Both the position numbers and the translations under genes were made by a program. Below the pieces are notes generated by a model, which saw nothing but the letters and a program-made list of their open reading frames with translations, was not told the origin of the DNA and made no database searches. Source: Amphiscolops sp. MND2022 (taxonomy: Eukaryota). Taken from it: DNA of 64,000 nt. Shown here one piece after another: positions 34,152 through 47,982 of the stretch (the first letter of the stretch is position 1; every line of letters starts with the position of its first letter). The DNA lies in contig OZ076409.1 of the NCBI GenBank assembly GCA_964187785.1, positions 69,504,001-69,568,000 on the forward strand, read 5' to 3'.

Positions 34152-37100
34152 ATGTCTTCAACGACAACCCCTCTACCTTTCCAAATTCCCACCATTAAAA
34201 ATGCAAAAGTTGTAAAATTAGAACTAAACCCATTTCTACAAAACATTCTTTCACATTATACACAACCACTCCCATTTGAAAATGAACCACACACAATTGA
34301 AACAATCCCTCTTATTAGAGAACATTTGGACACATACCTTTTCTATATTAGATATAAAGTTTTAACAATCACCGAAGAATACCCAACTTTTCAAATATCT
34401 TTTCCTCAACAAAAATTTAACTCATCTCATATATACAGAAGAACAATAAACCCAATAAACCTTCAAGTTCCTATTAAACAAGTCTTTCATGCTTTTCTAA
34501 ATAATGTAAAAGACCACAATTTAGCACACGAAATTCCAAAATATAGTCCAAATGCACTCGACGATCTTCAAAGATACATAGACAATTTCGACGTAGAAAC
34601 TATTGAAACATTGGTTAATCCTGAAAACAATCCTCATCATTGGTTACAAACTGATATATTACGAATTCAAAATTTCATCTACCACTACTTCAAAGACCTA
34701 ACATTAAATAACCAAACAATTCCTCAGATCAAAGTAATATCTTTATTTCTTAGAAAATATTTCAGATTTGATTACCAATTATTATGGTCTCAACAAGATC
34801 AACCTGCTTTTACAGAATTCCCAGATCATTTTACATCAGAAGAATGTTTACCATTCATTATCAGCGAACAAAATGAACACCCTTATTTTCATAAACCACA
34901 ATTAATTACAAAACAAACCTTAGATTACATACGTTTCGATCCTCTATTAATTACAGAAAATGATCTATTCCCAGATAATAGACCTTACCACTATCAACAA
35001 AATTCTCAAGATCAACAAAATTTACATTTTAACACCAACAATTCTACTGAAGACGATAACACCGATCAAGAAAATACAACCCAACAACAAAATCAACCTG
35101 AAAACTATAACGATAATGAGTTTACTACCCAAGAATCTACAATTTCAACACATAATCCATCTTAAACAGGGACATCAACATCAGTACGTACTTACTCCTT
35201 TAGAGTTCCAACTAGAGTTATAAATCAAGGACAAAATATTCATAGTCCTCAATCTCATTTAGATACATCTCCAAACCGTAATATAACTTTTAACCTTCCA
35301 CATACAGATAACATAAACGATGAAACCCATGATATATTACAATATGATACTATGACTACATCTAGTGCTCACAATACTTCTGTTAATGTTGCATCCCCAA
35401 CAAGAACTACCTCTGATTCTACAAGATACATTACTCGACCTAGATATGATCCTCCATCAATTCCCTCCGCCTTTCGCTCAAACAGATCGACCACTTCTAG
35501 CAACAATTTTAATGATAATCCTCAAACTTCCAACCGATATTACGATCCATTTATTCATAACTTTTATCCTCCATCAAACACAACTACCAATACGAATATA
35601 AGCCAAAACCACTCTCAAATTAATACAATTTCAACAACACAAAATCCCTTCATACAATTATCAAATACCAATACGTCCCAGAATATACATTCTCAAACTC
35701 GAGGAACCTCGTGTACTTCCATTTCTTATTCTAATATTACACAGAATTCTCAAAGAAGACTTCATAATCCTCCACTCACACATATACCAACTGATCCTCT
35801 GTATCAAACGCATTCAAATCCAAATCTTAACCCTAATCCTAACCCATTACCATCAAATACAATCCAACATATACCTCCACCACTCACACAACAATTAGCT
35901 CCGCCACCCTAATATTTCCCAATGCCGCAAGATACCTTTATAAACATGTCCGCTTCAATACCAGAACCTATGAAACCTTTTGATGGTTTGGACCTTTCTT
36001 ACACCCCTGAAGAATATCTACAACAAGTCGAAGCAAGATTAATTTTCGCCATAGGTGAAGAACCTCAAAATAATCCTATAAAATACAAATCTTGGCATAA
36101 TAGACGCATGGCTTACATACAATGTTCATTAATAGGAACAGCTCTCGATTGGTACACTAACCTCCATATATCATATAAACAACAATGGAATTCCTTTGTA
36201 CAACTATTTAAAAAACAATTCTCATCTCAAAAAACTGCTTACTACGCTCAAGTAGAAGCTATGTCACTCATGAAAAAGGATAATGAAACAGTTCGCCACT
36301 TCGCCCTTAGAGTACAACAATTAGTTAAAAAGGGATGGTGTAATGAAAATGCAGCTACCATAAATCTCAAAAATAACGAAATCTTTACAAAAGGGTTACC
36401 AAAGAAATTAAAAGATTTTGCCCATAAACGACAAGTTAAACATGTATCAACATTACTTGAACCTTCAATACCATTTCATACACTTGTTAGACATGTCGAT
36501 TCAGAAGATATTGCTAATGAAAAAATCAGAACTAACGACTTAGCCTTAGAAATAAACAAAGTATCGCTTGAAGAAGATACTAACAAAAAAAAAGTTGAAT
36601 ACGAAGATCAGATAATGGTTACTCAAACTGGAGACCCAAATAACAAAAGCAAACCAGCGTATAGAAAATATTGTTCATATTGTCATAAAAATAATCATAG
36701 TATTTCAAATTGTTATCAAAAACAACGTGATGACGAATACCAGAATTACAATAACCAAAGATCACGAACTCCTCAACAATCCTTTGTACAATATTTCCGT
36801 AGTAAACCTAATAATCCTCAGGAAAATCGGAATGAAAATACAACTCTTATTCCTCAGATAATGATCGTAATAATAACAATCAAAACTACTATAATGATAG
36901 ATACAAAAACAATGATAGATATCGTAGCAATAGTAGAGAATATTCGCAAAACAACTATAGATCAAACTCTCGACAAAGATATCATAATCGATCCCGAAGT
37001 CCGTATAGATCTCGATTTGATAATTATTATCAAAGAAGAACTCCATCTAGATCTCCATATAGATCTCCATACAGAAATAACTCAAACTACAGATATAATT

Positions 37101-40100
37101 CTCGCTCAAGATACAGATCTCGTTCTCAATCACAAGGAAACTCCTTTAAACGATATAATTACCCATATAGATCTCCATCAAGACCTAGAGATTTTAGATC
37201 AAGATCTAGAACACCCTCAAGAAACAGACAACAAAACAGAATAAATCAAGTAGACGTTAAAACACCAAAAGAAATTGATAGTACAAAATTTGAAATCCAC
37301 ACCTGTCAAATGACTGAAATAGCTAATACAATCACCCCTTATAGTTGGTTTTATCCACTATATATTCACGCCTCTGAAACAAATGACAACATATTACCTT
37401 CAAAATTAGAAATCTTATTCCTTTTAGATACTGGAGCTTCCATATCTGTTTTGAATTTACCAACATTTCATGTAATTTCCAAACAATTAAACATCAATGT
37501 TCCAACTAACATCCAAAACAAAAGAGCCAAAACTCTTACAGTTGCAAACCAAACTGAAGTACCAATAAAACATTATATTTCGATGACTTGTTTCACTGAA
37601 GTAAATCACAAAACACGATCCTTCAATATCGATTTTGCCGTAGCAAATATCAAATACAACATTCTTGGAACACCCTTTTTCAAAAAGCACATCCAAAATA
37701 TTGATTTTCAACAAAACATTATGACATATACAGAACAACATCCAAAGCTTTCAACAAAAACTACATTTTCTACATTTACAGAAAAAGATTATCCATATAT
37801 TTCTTACATTTATACTATTAAATGTAAGGAACCAAGTCACTTTAAACCAAGGTCAGGAAAAACCATACATTTCCCAATTAAAAACTATTCAAATCTACAT
37901 TTTGAACTCGAAGATAACACGAAGTTCTACCCAACAAACCCATATACATATTTCTTACAAAAATTTAAAAATATCTTTCATTTCTTAGACATGATAGTCA
38001 ATGAAAAAAGCAAAGACTCATGTGCAACTATAATTCAAAACTGTACATCTTACCCAGCTACATTACCACAAGGAATTATTGGATATATAGAAATACCAAT
38101 TACGCAAACAACTCCTCCTCACTACAGAGTTAACGATGTAAATTCACTCATTCACTCTGTAATACATGCATATCACCCTGATACGACAACCCCGAATAAA
38201 CAAAATCCATATACAGAAGATTCTAACCAAGAACTTGAATCTTGGCCTATTGAACCTTTAGCTCCTCAATTAGCTAGAGCAAATAAAAAATACAAATCAA
38301 CTATTGATCTAATGTATGCATATGCTCATACACCATTAGATGAAGAAACAATTAAACTTACAGGGTTTTCATCCGGTGACAAATTATACGCCTTTATCCG
38401 TGGATTTTACGGATTAAAAGGACTTCCAAACTTTTTCACAAAACAAATGTCAACTTTCTTTAGATCACTTATAGACAAACGTTCTGCGTTAGTTTATATA
38501 GATGATATTCTATTACTCGCAAATGAAAAACAAGAAATGTTTGAACTTATAAAAGAATTACATACAATAGCATCTCGAGAAAATCTCAAACTTGCACCTG
38601 AAAAATCGTTCTACATGCTACTCAAAGTAAAATTCCTCGGACATGAAATTGGTAACAACACAATTAAGTCAATTCCATCCAAAATTGAAGCTATTAAAAG
38701 AATCCCATCACCAAAAGAAAAGAAAGATGTTATGCAATTTCTTGGCAGTGTTAACTTTTATTCAAAATTCATTGAAAAACTTCATATAAACCTTAAACCA
38801 TTGTATACATTACTACATGATGATGTTTAATTTCAATGGACACCTGAATTAGAAAAACTATTTCAAAATGTTAAAAACGCAATGACAGCAGATACTGAAT
38901 TAACAATACCCAACACTACGCATCCATTTTTTATAACAGTAGATGCTTCGTTAGTAGGTTTAGGCGCAGTCTTATTCCAAATGAACGAAGAAAATAAGAT
39001 GAAAGTAATCTCTTATAACTCCAGAATTCTCAATACACAAGAACAAAAACTTTCAACTTTAGACAGAGAACTTCTTGCAATAGTTTACGCATTACAAATA
39101 TATGAATTTTTGATCATTGGATCTCCTCATCCTATATATCTCTTCACAGATCACAAGCCTTTATTACATTGCTTCGCAAAGAAAAGAAATCTTAGTCCTA
39201 GATTCTACAGAGCACAAATGCAGTTAACCAAATTCTCCAAATTAAAAATCATTCATACCCCTGGAAAAAATTTAACTGTAGCAGATATGCTTTCAAGAAC
39301 CTTTACAAAAGAACAGCTACAAGTACACCAATTACGACACAAACAATTAACACCTCAAATAGATTTCTCTATCATGAAAGATAATCAACTCAAACCACTA
39401 CATTATTTATTAAAACATGAAGAAATAAAATATAATCAAAAAAAGTGATTGTCATCCTATCCTTGCTGATTACGGAGACGATCAATTCTCCATCCGTATA
39501 AATAACAAAGGAGAAGATATACATATAAAGCCTTTAGATTCCTTCTCTTTTCAATCTATTGTTCCATTCGAATCAAAATATAAAAGACCTACAAAAAAAA
39601 CAAGCAAAATCTCTTTTACAACAATCGGCAATTCTTAATGATACTGACATTTTTAGTGATGAAGATGAAATAACACCACCAAATAATATCCAACAACAAA
39701 ACTCGAACATAGTAAAAGAACATACCCTTGCTATACAATATCCTACCAAATCTGACTATTGTACACAACAAGTTCCATTTTTTGATCCGTCTTTTTTCAA
39801 ATACAAAAAGTATTTTAATTACTTCTTCCTACCAGAAGATACACAAATTACTATTGAAACAATAAAAACTCAACAAAATCAAGATACTGTTTTACAAAAG
39901 GTTTACCAATGGATACTTAATAATGAAAGACCCTTACAAATAGACCCAACAATTGCAGCTAACTCTTTCCTATTAGTATATTACAAACTCTTCAACCAAT
40001 TGTATATTAATCATGATACAAAAATTATTCACATAGATTATCCTAATCTTCACGATTCCAACCCGAATCAAAGAGACAAAATATGTTTACCATTTAAACT

Positions 40101-41643
40101 TTTCCACACAGCTTTTAACAAACTCCATGCTCATGGACATTCAGGAATAAAAATATCCATCAAAGCTTTCAACCAATTTTACTTCATACAGTACCTAAAT
40201 AAATGGATGTCAATATTCATCCATGATTGCATTGAATGTCAACAAAATAAACATATTAACCAAAAATTACAAACTGCATCTATACAAACCTTCTCAGAAA
40301 ATGCTTCATATTTTAATTACAGAATATCAATGGATACAAAAGGACCTATAAACCCACCATCAAATCAAAATTCATACATTCACGTTATAGTAGACGCTTT
40401 TAGTCACTTTGTAGTAACAGTACCCATAAAACAAAATAATGCTCAAAACGCTGTTAACTCATTACTACATCATTGGATAACAAAATTTGGACCTCCTGTA
40501 TACCTAGTTACCGACCGTGGAACAGAATACATTAATTCAGAATTTGCAAATCTTTGTACTACAATGGGAATTAGACATTCACCAAGAACTCCTTATGCAC
40601 CATGGACAAATGGTTTAGTTGGAAATCAAAACAGAAATCTTGGAACTCATCTTAGACTTTTTTTACATAACACTCCAGAAAATTGGTCAACTCAAGTCCA
40701 TATGTATGCTTATGCACATAATTCACAACCACTTTCTGAATTAAACTTATCTCCATATGAAATAGTATTCCATACTATACCCAGAATTCCCATCAACTTT
40801 GAACTCAATCTCCAAAGAGATACATATAGAAATTGTACGTCTCAATATTGTCAAGAGCTACCACTTCATACACACTATGACAAATCAAATCTAAACCCTT
40901 TCTTTCATAAAATTTTATCTAAACCAATTCCACAATGGATCTTAGCTACTGAAACTGCCATGATACAGATATACCACACGGTATATGAAAACACAAAAAG
41001 AAAGATTAATTCCTACGCTTATTTTAACAAAACATATCATAATCCAAGTCCCTTAGATATTGGTACATTTGTACTAAAAAGAAATTTTCTCCATGTTCAT
41101 TTTTCCGATAAATTAAAACCTCTCAGAATTGGCCCATTCAAAATTTTTAACAAACTCTCCGATATAACATACGAAATTGTTAATCAAGATTGTTATACAT
41201 CGCACATACATAGAAATCATTTAATTCCTTATTATCCAAAAGAACCAGTTATTATCCCTTTCATACAACAATATAACCCTCATTTATTTAATGACTGTCA
41301 TTCAAATACAAATGATCAAATAATTAACTCTGATAAAGACAAATTTACAGACGAAGAACAATTTCCTTCCACAACATTTAATAAAGAAACGGATGTACCA
41401 TCCACGATTGATTTACAATCAGAACCATTTAACCAATATTCTTCATTTCCATATAAACAAAAAGAACAAATTCCTCAAAATACCTCCCTGGATAACCAAT
41501 CAGATATTCATGATTATGACAATTTTATTAATCCCCGAAGACACTCCTATATTAGATACAATTTCCGCCCACAACCAAGAAAAGACTACCGACTCTTCCT
41601 TGGTGAAAAGGATATAATTTCACTTTCTCAAAAATCCTGCTGA
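34152..41643 (+). pseudogene. gag-pol: Gypsy gag-pol polyprotein, disrupted
   Basis: ORFs 34152, 35352 and 35922 share one frame, split by single TAA codons. Capsid-like region (MKPFDG...ALDWY..MKKDNETVRHF), CSYCHKNNHSISNC knuckle, RS/Y-rich stretch, LLDTGAS protease, YIDD RT, VDAS/ELLAI/TDHKPL/ADMLSR RNase H, HAHGH..CIEC, SMDTKGP, TDRGTEY, GPF. Lesions at ~35163, 35910, 36840, 38200 (deletion), 38828, 39445 and 39595. Confidence 0.93.
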
Positions 41644-41811
41644 AATACGGAATACAGAAAGAAATACACACAAAGAAAGTTTGAAAGAAAGAAAAAGTTT
41701 GAAACTTAGAACGAAAATAAATGAAATTCATTTTACGAATGAGAATAAAAGAAAGAAATCCTAATTGATATAAAACTATAACTATTTTACAAGCTGAAAC
41801 TAACTATCATA

Positions 41812-43282
41812 ACACAACGATTTCAAAATTGATAGACATATTCACTCACCATCATCAACTACAAATAACTCTTCTTCTAGTTCAACACATTCACTCCAAA
41901 GATTACCTGAATATACAGCATATTTAAACACAGATACAGACATACTGGATTCCTCATCCTCAAATCCCAGTCCATCCGCTCCATATACTCCTGATAGAGT
42001 ACCAACAACACCCACTAATACACCTATATCCCAAACTCAACCACAAATATTAACAACTCAATCACAACCTAGTTCACGAAATCTAACATTTTTAGAAACA
42101 AATTCACCACTTTCTGACTCTAATGATGAAACACCTACAATACCAAATACACAAGATACTTCAGATATTTTGAATAGACCTCCTCTTCTACCGATTACTA
42201 CCACTCGTTCTATTCATATCCCTGATCCTAACTCAGTATTACAATACATAAATTCTTGTCCACACAAAGTACCAACTGCAACGAAAACAAAAAGAAAAAC
42301 TCCTTTACCAACATTACCACAAAATCTTGATTTACCATCATCAAGTAATATCCCAATAACTTTTTTACCAGAACCTTCATTAAAATCACCAACGAAAAAA
42401 TCACAACAATACCCAACTCCTTCACCATCGGAACTAAGTTCCTTCACATTTTCTCAAATATATCCCAAGCTTGAATTACAACGTGTACATTCAACAACTA
42501 CATCTTCATTAACAGACTTATATCATAAAGATAAAGACTCTGACTCAACTGCTAGTACTAGAGTACCAAGACATAATTATAACCTTCGATCTCAACAACA
42601 AAGAATTTCTCAAGAATTACAATCTTTAACTAGCTCAAGTACAAATTCAAGACTACTTCGACAACACGCTCAACCCAGATTGGACACTTCTTCTTTTTCC
42701 TCATCTCAGCCCACTATACCATCTTCTCTATCACTACCATTTCAAATCACTTCAGGATTTGAAACAGCCTCTCTTATTTCTGAAGAGCCAGCAACTATAT
42801 CAGATAGCGCAGCTAATTTTTCACGAGTTTACTCACCTAGTTCAATAGCCTCAAACTCCTCTATACAATTACCTGAATATTTTTTAGAAGACTTCTCAAG
42901 ACCTCCATCGCCAAATCCTCACGAATATCCTATTCGTGTTAACTCAAAAATTGTTCGCACGCTTAACGAAGATCCTCGATACACGGTATTACCTGCAAGA
43001 TTTATAAACAATAGTTCACTCTCAACTCAAAGAAAACAAAGAGAACTACGAAGATTACAAGAACAACAACTCACATTAAAATTTGAAGTAGAAGTCACCT
43101 TCAACTCGTTAGGACCTCATCCATTCCCTCTTTCAACAAGAGCAGCACATAAAACAACCCCATCACCATTCATTGTTACCTCCATTTCCTACCTTTGTGA
43201 CGCCGATTTACCTGAGATTAGAACAGGACATATAAACTTTTTTAATCCCTACTCAGGACTCAATTATAGATCAATATTTTAA
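41812..43282 (+). CDS. Accessory Ser/Pro/Thr-rich open frame (~490 codons, no ATG) between pol and env; function unknown
   Basis: The frame of ORF 42170-43282 stays open upstream to ~41812. Contains RHNYNLRS, resembling RYNFRP at the Pol C-terminus. Confidence 0.6.
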
Positions 43283-43284
43283 CC

Positions 43285-45860
43285 ATGAACCAAATCACCT
43301 TTACCTTTCATTTAATATATATAATACAAGTTGTTAAATACACGTATATAATAAATATAGTTCACTCTTAGTTCATCCTTCAACTGTTCCCAAAGTTGAC
43401 ACCATCAATTCCGAAAATCATATTTCAGACCAAGATCCTAACATTTTAAACTTAATGGTATCTCATTATGATTGTGCAAAACAAAACAACCTAAGACAAT
43501 TCAGTTTATTAAACGTAGAACCATGTAAACAATCACCCTCAGATATACAACACACAAAAACCCAAGCAACAATTTACGTTAGAGCAAAAGCCAAAAGAAT
43601 AAAAGCCTTTAAATGTGAAGCATATATAAAGACTGAGAAAGTCTGGTGTTCACAAACATTCACATCTAGTAGACGATATGATCGTTTACAATGGGGACAA
43701 AACACATTAGAACTTCCAAAAATATTGGACCCTATTGAATGCAAAAATATGATCAGATATTTAAACGCGACTGATAGCGAAGAATTAAACAACTACAATA
43801 TACAAAGCTCTTTCTCATTGTTCGATGATAGTAATTATCAAAACACAATTGAACGAATTCAGACACCATTTAGAGTAAAAAAATTAAATACATGGCATAT
43901 TGGAACCTTCGTATTTGACGAAAATTATCCTGATTGGATAGTTAACGTTACACAAAATACATACTCTAGATGTCGATCAGACCGCGAACATTTAATCACC
44001 CGACAAAGTTGGAAACTTAGAATTGTTAACACCGCAATAGATTATGACGATAAAAACAATCAATTAATACATGACGGACACATATTACCATGTTATCATT
44101 CAGATGGATTTTGTAAACCAACGACCAAAACTCCATATACATTAACATTGTTTGATGAAAAATTTTGCCTCATATTTCAACTTCAAGAATTCATTGGTAG
44201 AATGACACGAATCAAAGATAGATATTGGATAGAAACCGATACCTTTATTGAAACTTCAAACATCACACAAAAACTTCAAACTGAAGGAATACAAGGAACA
44301 AAATACCCTAATATAAAAACAACAAAATCAAAAGTAAGCAATCCAAGCCTTTCCTGATTTGAAATATACCCAATTGCACAAACTTTCTGTGGAAAACCTG
44401 AACCATTATTTTCAACACAATATGATGAAATCTTTGTTACATACTTAGATGGTTTTGATATGAATACAGGATTACCAAAACCACACTCAATAATTGACCA
44501 AACAATTAGTGGAAATATAAAATATGATGATTCAAACAAAAGGTATATATTCCCTGCATTGAATATATCAAACAATTTCGCCACTTTAGACTATGATGCC
44601 CACATTAATACAAAAATTGATTTCACAATAAATCATGTATTTAAATCCATGACAGTACAAGAATTAAACACTCTACATAAAATATGTGAACTAGAAAGAA
44701 CTCAACTGTTAACAATACTAGCAATGTCAGTTAAAAATCCTCAATTAGCCGGTTTTCTTTTAACTGGAAATCGTAGTAACTTTCTCTACGTTGAAGGATC
44801 TACAGCATGGCTGTATGATTGCCCTCATTTTATATCACCACTATACAAGGCAGATAAATGCTTTGATAGAATTCCTATACACTACAGAGAAACGATAAAG
44901 TATGTTGACCCAATAACAAGACAAACTTTTAACTACGCAACTCCAATTGAATGTGGAAATAACCCACAAAATATAATAGAATTAGATCCAGATTCTAACG
45001 ACGGAGATTTTTATGTGTTAACACCAGAACCACTCAAACGAGAAGCACCACAAATGTTTAAACCTACCCAAATTAAAACGACAATCACTCCTAATACATT
45101 TACCGCCCAAGATGCCGGTATAAACTCAAATGCAGAATTAGATCAATTCTGGAATAGAGTATTATTTGCTAAACATTCAGATACAACTCTTCAATTACTT
45201 GGAAAATCATTAAGCTATGATTTCATTTCAATGCATAACGAAAAACACTCATACTCACAACATAATCCCTACAATCATTTAAGGATTGGAGTACATGACC
45301 ACTTGTTAAATCTTTTACCACTTTTTAACCCTGACTGGTTCAGTCAAGCATTCATTAAATTCTTTGGATATCCATGTTATGTTTTAACCCAATGTGGAAT
45401 TTATTTCTCAACATTCCTTTTCATTAGAGAAGTTTTAACATTTTTACTCAAATTCTACAGAACAATTAGCATAAAATATAATCTCCAAAGCAATATTTCC
45501 ATTTTGAGTTCAATAGCCCATGGATTTTTTAATATAGTTACATCGGAAATGGTAACCGATTTAAATAATACAGGAAAACGAAAACGGATATATACTAAAC
45601 ACAAAATTACAACAAGTGAAAATGATAATATCCTATTGCCGGAAAAAGAATTGAACAATAAACGAAGACACTCTGATACTGACTCCCCTTATTTACCTCC
45701 TAAATATTCCAGTAAGAATTCAACATTTCAATCACCGCAAAAGACACACCCAACTAATGTAAACGATATTAATTCTCAGGACTATGACCCAATTATGTCA
45801 AATGTAATAGCTGTACCGGAAAGTCCTGCTAAAGTCTTTATAAAATTCAATCCCTCCTAA
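43285..45860 (+). pseudogene. env: Envelope glycoprotein, class III fusogen-like (chuvirus G / herpesvirus gB family), with one frameshift and one premature stop
   Basis: Hydrophobic leader from ATG 43285 (frameshift ~43345). HYDC..FSLLNVEPC..KCE..WCS; ICELERTQLLTILAMSVKNPQLAGFLLTG..EGSTAWLYDCP..CFDRIPI..YVDPITR..IEC. C-terminal hydrophobic segments and tail; N-glycosylation sequons. ORFs 43455 and 44460 share a frame, split by TGA at 44355. Confidence 0.85.
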
Positions 45861-46281
45861 CTGAAAAGCAATAATGTAAAAAACAAATTAACCTCAAGAA
45901 AAGTTCACAAAATTATCAACCAAATTCTTCTCAGTTTCAACTTTCATTCACATCCAAATTCTCACTCGGACCGGTCTCTCCTTTTCAACTCAACTCAACT
46001 CAACTCTCAACCAGAAGACATCAACTGGATTTTCAGTCCATCTAAACGACCGAAATCACAGAAGTTTCTATTCCTGGAATAGATGCCACTGTGATTGTTG
46101 ATGTGTTCAACCGATCATTGACCCAGTATTCCCATACTGTAAGTACAATTTAAACTTTAATTTTAACAAACAATTTAATGGATAGAAAAGACATAACAAA
46201 AATTTTCCTTAGTATTAGAAAAAATGTAACCAAATGTTATAATTATTATTTTAGCTCTACAAAAACACGCAAGTTTAAATA

Positions 46282-47576
46282 ATGGAATCCTTGCCCGAAA
46301 TTGATGTAGTTAATTCTAATCCCTCTGAATTGCTTGCAACCCCTTTTAAAATATAACTATTCAACAAAATGTTAACGAAGATAATAACTCTTCCTCCAAC
46401 TCTCAAGATCCTATAGAGAATATCCCTATTGAACAAGTAGATCATGTCAACACAAGATCTCAAAAAAGAAAGTACCCAGATATAACTGCAGATAAACCTT
46501 TTATGGAATCTGGCGCTTGCCCTCCTTCCACAAAACCAATTAAACAAGATGAAGATAGAGATTGTGAATTAGTTCCTATTCTCTCGTCAAAACAATTCAC
46601 ATTTCAATCTCAGTTAACTTCGTTATACATGATCCCAACAAAATACAAATTCATCATCAGAGAATTTAAAAATGATTATCATACATCAATTGCTTCAAAA
46701 CTGATTACCCCATATGATTGGTGGTTAAACAATAAAGTGAAAATTTTCTCACTTCAATACAACTTCCTCAGACCATCTCCATATGATCTCCGAACAGAAG
46801 AAAATGATGCAAATTTTTTGCCATATCAAATCAAAAAGGCCCACCATATGACTTATCAAAAGTTCCTTCAATATAAAGAGCCCGATAATTATATATTCTT
46901 CAACTCAAAATATACATCGCCATTCACTTTCAACTCAGAATATTTAACAGATCATACCAAAACAAAAGGAAAACTTAGAAATTATGACCCACTGAAACAA
47001 AGTTTTCTCTTCCTTCCAAATGATAACCCAAAAAGACCAATCATTGTTCCACAAGAATACCTCATTCTAAACGACGATTCGTTACTACAAGAAGATATAC
47101 CTCAACATATATCTGATCCTCTTCCTCCACTTCAACAAATAGCCTCTCAACCATTGGGAGACTGTGAAAAGTCTTATTTTCACGCAATGATCAAACAGGG
47201 ATATTCAAACAATGAATTAATTTTCATTATTTCCCACTTGCTTTCACTTCTTACAAATGGAAATCACAAAGAATATAAAAAGGCAAAACAAGAATCGCCT
47301 AAGAAAACCAAAAATGATATTCCTCAACCACAAAGCTTTCGCCCAACAGATGAATTACAGAAATATACAGAAATTCTGAATATCATAAAACCGTATCATC
47401 ATCCAAACCGAGATATTCTTATAACAATCGCTGAAATCGTAAATACCCTTGAACAAGCTCGAAGCATAATACAAAATATCGTATTTGATACGACAAGAAT
47501 TAGCCAATCAGCTTTGTGCATTCGCACATCTTTAGACGAATTCAACTACACTATTGAAAAAATGCATCGATCTTAA
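46282..47576 (+). CDS. Accessory ORF downstream of env (357 aa intact part 46503-47576, probably ~430 aa originally); unknown function
   Basis: Long sense-strand ORF inside the LTRs. The frame is open upstream of 46503 and reaches ATG 46282 through a 1-nt shift in an A run near 46350. Confidence 0.65.
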
Positions 47577-47982
47577 CTGGTAATTATGGGATAAAAGCTT
47601 TAAAGTTATTAACACTTATCACTTAATCTTTTAACAACCTGTCAAAAATAATTGAATCTACACGCATATGCCTGCTATGCATGAATTTAATATTTACTTG
47701 ATGTTAAAATACATTTTTAAAATGAAATAACAAAAAAATTTCAATCACGACATAAAAATTTTCAACGAAATTCTTCAATTGCTCCTCCTTTTAATGGACC
47801 GATTTCAACAAATAAGTACTTATATGAAAGATATTTAAATACCCTTCAAAAGACTTCCAAAATACAACAACTTAATACTTAAAATTAAAAAGTTATAACA
47901 TCACAAAATTCAATAAAAAAATGTCAACTACGAAATTCTATTTTCAAAGGAACTTTATTGTAAACAAACTAATCTATTTTAG

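Noticed and set aside
36845..37244. Ile/Asp-rich Gag C-terminus shown in the ORF track
   Set aside because: Typical off-frame reading of RS-rich codons; the -1 frame is continuous with the protease.
37830..38100. dUTPase in the Gypsy PR-RT linker
   Set aside because: Only a vague dUTPase-like beta pattern (IQN.T..P..L..G.IG); catalytic motifs are not recognisable.
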